Positions 62,056 through 64,000 of a stretch of 64,000 nt of DNA are shown piece after piece. Position 1 is the stretch's first letter. Each line of letters begins with the position of its first letter. A program made the translations under genes and the position numbers. Location: contig CAWGDC010000004.1 of the NCBI GenBank assembly GCA_963821325.1, forward strand, positions 15,462-79,461. Reading direction: 5' to 3'. The notes below the pieces were generated by a model. The model made no database searches, was not told where the DNA came from, and saw only the letters and a program-made list of their open reading frames with translations. This DNA is from an uncultured Actinomycetes bacterium. Its GTDB lineage: Bacteria > Actinomycetota > Acidimicrobiia > IMCC26256 > PALSA-555.

Positions 62056-62273
62056 CAGAGGCGGCGGATCTCGACGACGGTGCGCCGCTTGCGGCCCCGG
62101 CGCCGGCCGAGCAGGTAGGCGACGACCACGAGCCCGGCGGCGACGGCCACCCCAGCGGCGAGGCCGGCACCGCGGGCCGCCTCCGCGCCGGCGTCGGTGC
62201 CGCGCTGCAGCTGGCGCAGCTTCGCCTCGATGTCGTCGCGGGTGATGGGCCGGGTCGCGTCGACGTTCGGCAT
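62055..62273 (-). CDS. Small membrane-anchored hypothetical protein
   Basis: ITRDDIEAKL..., TM, basic tail; SD gaggag. Confidence 0.7.
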   Translation of the reverse strand: MPNVDATRPITRDDIEAKLRQLQRGTDAGAEAARGAGLAAGVAVAAGLVVVAYLLGRRRGRKRRTVVEIRRL

Positions 62274-62281
62274 GGTCCTCC

Positions 62282-62623
62282 TCAGTCTCGGGCCTTGCGG
62301 GCGCCGCGGGCCATCCAGGTCAACGCGCCGCCGGCGCCGAGCGCGACGACGACGATCCCGTACGGCGCCCACGACCAGTCGCCCCGGAAGGTGCTGCCCG
62401 TCTCCGCTTGGAGTACCCGCAGGGCGCCGACGCCGAGCAGCACCACCCCGAACCCGAGCAGCAGCGCCCCGGCCAGCCCCATGAGGATGTAGCGCCCGAG
62501 GCTCTTCAGCGGGACGACCGTCTCCTGGCGGACGTACGCGATGACGAGGTCGCGCAACTCGAGCACGAGCTGCGGGAGCGAGCCGGGGCCGGCGTCGGCC
62601 GGCGTGTCCGTGGGTGCCGTCAT
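62282..62623 (-). CDS. Actinobacterial holin-like (DUF1469-type) membrane protein
   Basis: L.DLV.AYVRQET..PLK.LGR followed by two TMs. Confidence 0.7.
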   Translation of the reverse strand: MTAPTDTPADAGPGSLPQLVLELRDLVIAYVRQETVVPLKSLGRYILMGLAGALLLGFGVVLLGVGALRVLQAETGSTFRGDWSWAPYGIVVVALGAGGALTWMARGARKARD

Positions 62624-62674
62624 CGGCGCGGAGTCTACGGTCGCGCCGCGCCGAACCCGCTAGTGGGTAGTGGG

Positions 62675-63859
62675 TCAGTTTCGACCCTGCGCAGCGTGGT
62701 GCTGCTGGGCCCTACCGGCCCGGAGGATGTTGCGGGCCGCGTTGGTGTCGGCATGGGCTTGATGCCCGCAGGCCTGGCACTCGAACACGGCGCCGCGCCG
62801 GTTCCCACCCGAGACGTGCCCACACGCGGCGCACGTTCGGCTGGTGTTGCGGGGATCCACCGCGATGACGACTCGACCGGCGCTTTCAGCCTTGTACGAG
62901 ATCATCGCGAGGAGCTGTCCCCACCCGGCATCGTGGATACAACGGTTCAAGCCTTGCTTCGCGGTGGCGCCGTTGTGCTCGTAGCCGCCGGCCCCGTCGG
63001 GTCGGGGCGCGGGACGACGCAACAGGTTCGGGATCGCGAGCTGTTCGTGCACGATGACGTCGTAGTCGTTCACCAGGCGTCTCGAGAGCTGATGGGCGAA
63101 ATCCTTGCGACAGTCCCGGATGTAGCGGTGCGCGGCACCGACTCGTTCCCGGGCCCGGCGTCGATGCTGGGAGCCGCGCTGGGTGCTAGCCAGGGCCCGC
63201 TGCGCCTGGGCCAGGCGCTGGGCGCCCCGGTGGCCGTGGCGGGGGTTGGTGTGCAGGGCCCCGGCGCTGGTGGCGACCAGGACCCCCACGCCGAGGTCGA
63301 TGCCGACCTGGCGGCCCGTCGACGCCCGCGGCTCGGCGGGAACCTCGACGCAGCGGATGCTCACCCACCAACGTCGACCTTCTCGACGCACGGTGATCGC
63401 CTAGGGCGTGCCGCGAACCGGGCGATGCAACCGAACCCTGATGTGCCCGATGCCGTGCAGGCACAACCGCCGACACGACCCGTCCAGCCGCCAGCCGGAC
63501 CGGTCCTCATACTGCAAGGAGTCCCAGCGGCTCCGGGAACGAAAACGCGGGAACCCTGGGCGCTGCCCCGCCCGACAGCGACGAAAGAACCCGGCGAACG
63601 CCCAATCGAGGCGCTTGAGCGTCCCCCGACACACCGTCACGCCACACGCCAGCACCTCGGGACGCGACCCACGCAACTGCGTCAAGGTGCGGCACTGCTC
63701 GACGTAGGAGACCGAGCGCTGCTCCCACCGCCACGCCCCCCGACGCTCCTCCAACGCCGCGTTGTACAGCTCGCACTGCAAACCCACCAAGTGCTCCAAC
63801 GCGGCACGCTGGCGCACCGTCGGGCTCAACAAGAACCGAAACGTCCGACACCGACACAT
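62675..63859 (-). pseudogene. tnpB: TnpB RNA-guided nuclease with one in-frame TAG at 63401-63403
   Basis: FRFLL.PT..Q, LYNAALEER, GFPRFR, RuvC-I GIDLG, RuvC-II VHEQL, CAAC/CQAC zinc finger, RuvC-III ADTNAARNI; frame continues across GTP*AITVRREG. Confidence 0.92.
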
Positions 63860-63866
63860 CACCAAG

Positions 63867-63888
63867 AACCTAAACACCACCTATGACA
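63867..63888 (-). promoter_or_regulatory. PafBC/RecA-NDp-like promoter of tnpB, leaderless
   Basis: TGTCAT-N10-TAGGTT-N7-ATG. Confidence 0.55.
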
Positions 63889-63918
63889 CCACGAACACCC
63901 AAACTGACCAACTACCCG

Positions 63919-64000
63919 CTAGTGCGTCGGCGTCGCCGGTGACGGCACCAGCGTCGACGGCGCCGGCGCGTTGGGGAACGTGGCGAGGATGCCGGCGAAG
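63919..64000 (-). CDS. 3' end of an upstream gene (partial)
   Basis: ...FAGILATFPNAPAPSTLVPSPATPTH* with GC3-rich codons; its TAG is part of the CTAG target. Confidence 0.55.
   Translation of the reverse strand, partial: FAGILATFPNAPAPSTLVPSPATPTH

Larger units (their letters stand above)
62660..63922 (-). mobile_element. Non-autonomous TIR element carrying only tnpB, flanked by CTAG duplication
   Basis: TIRs tgggtagtgggtcagttt (62664-62681) and aaactgaccaactacccg (63901-63918), 16/18 match; CTAG at 62660-62663 and 63919-63922; no transposase inside. Confidence 0.82.

Noticed and set aside
62282-62623. Holin-like gene as evidence of a prophage
   Set aside because: It belongs to a common chromosomal actinobacterial membrane family, and there are no phage genes nearby.
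1-64000. CRISPR arrays, tRNA or rRNA genes
   Set aside because: None recognised by eye. Short repeats (gaccccgacgcg near 10095-10125, Thr-rich codons near 25920 and 26230, acidic codons at 39000-39340) are coding low-complexity sequence.

Overview
High-GC actinobacterial chromosomal segment, probably Acidimicrobiia (inferred from gene content). Single-base indels split many conserved genes (gcvP, gcvT, pafA, pafB, thyX, helY), which most likely reflects long-read assembly error. The left half is mostly + strand: NRAMP transporter, catabolic genes, CoxD/E/XdhC accessory genes, the pgsA-gcvH-FHA-MerR-hpt-DUF151-MerR cluster, and gcvT and gcvP with a tandem glycine riboswitch. A 28-bp XerCD dif site lies at 29840-29867, near where the dominant gene strand flips. 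Next to it is an exosortase/GT2/WecB surface-glycan operon with a candidate sorting substrate. The right half is mostly - strand: lnt, thyX, helY, tatC, lepB, the Pup-proteasome locus (arc-dop-pup-prcBA-pafABC) and trmI/ttuA/ttuB. Three observations stand out. (1) An endonuclease-VII-type gene sits between a synonymously recoded pup 3' end and a decayed duplicate of that 3' end, suggesting a homing element that targets pup. (2) A solitary tnpB is bounded by 18-bp terminal inverted repeats and a CTAG duplication at a host stop codon. (3) Both nuclease genes share a TGTCA-N11-TAnnn(T/G)-N7-ATG promoter resembling the PafBC DNA-damage promoter.
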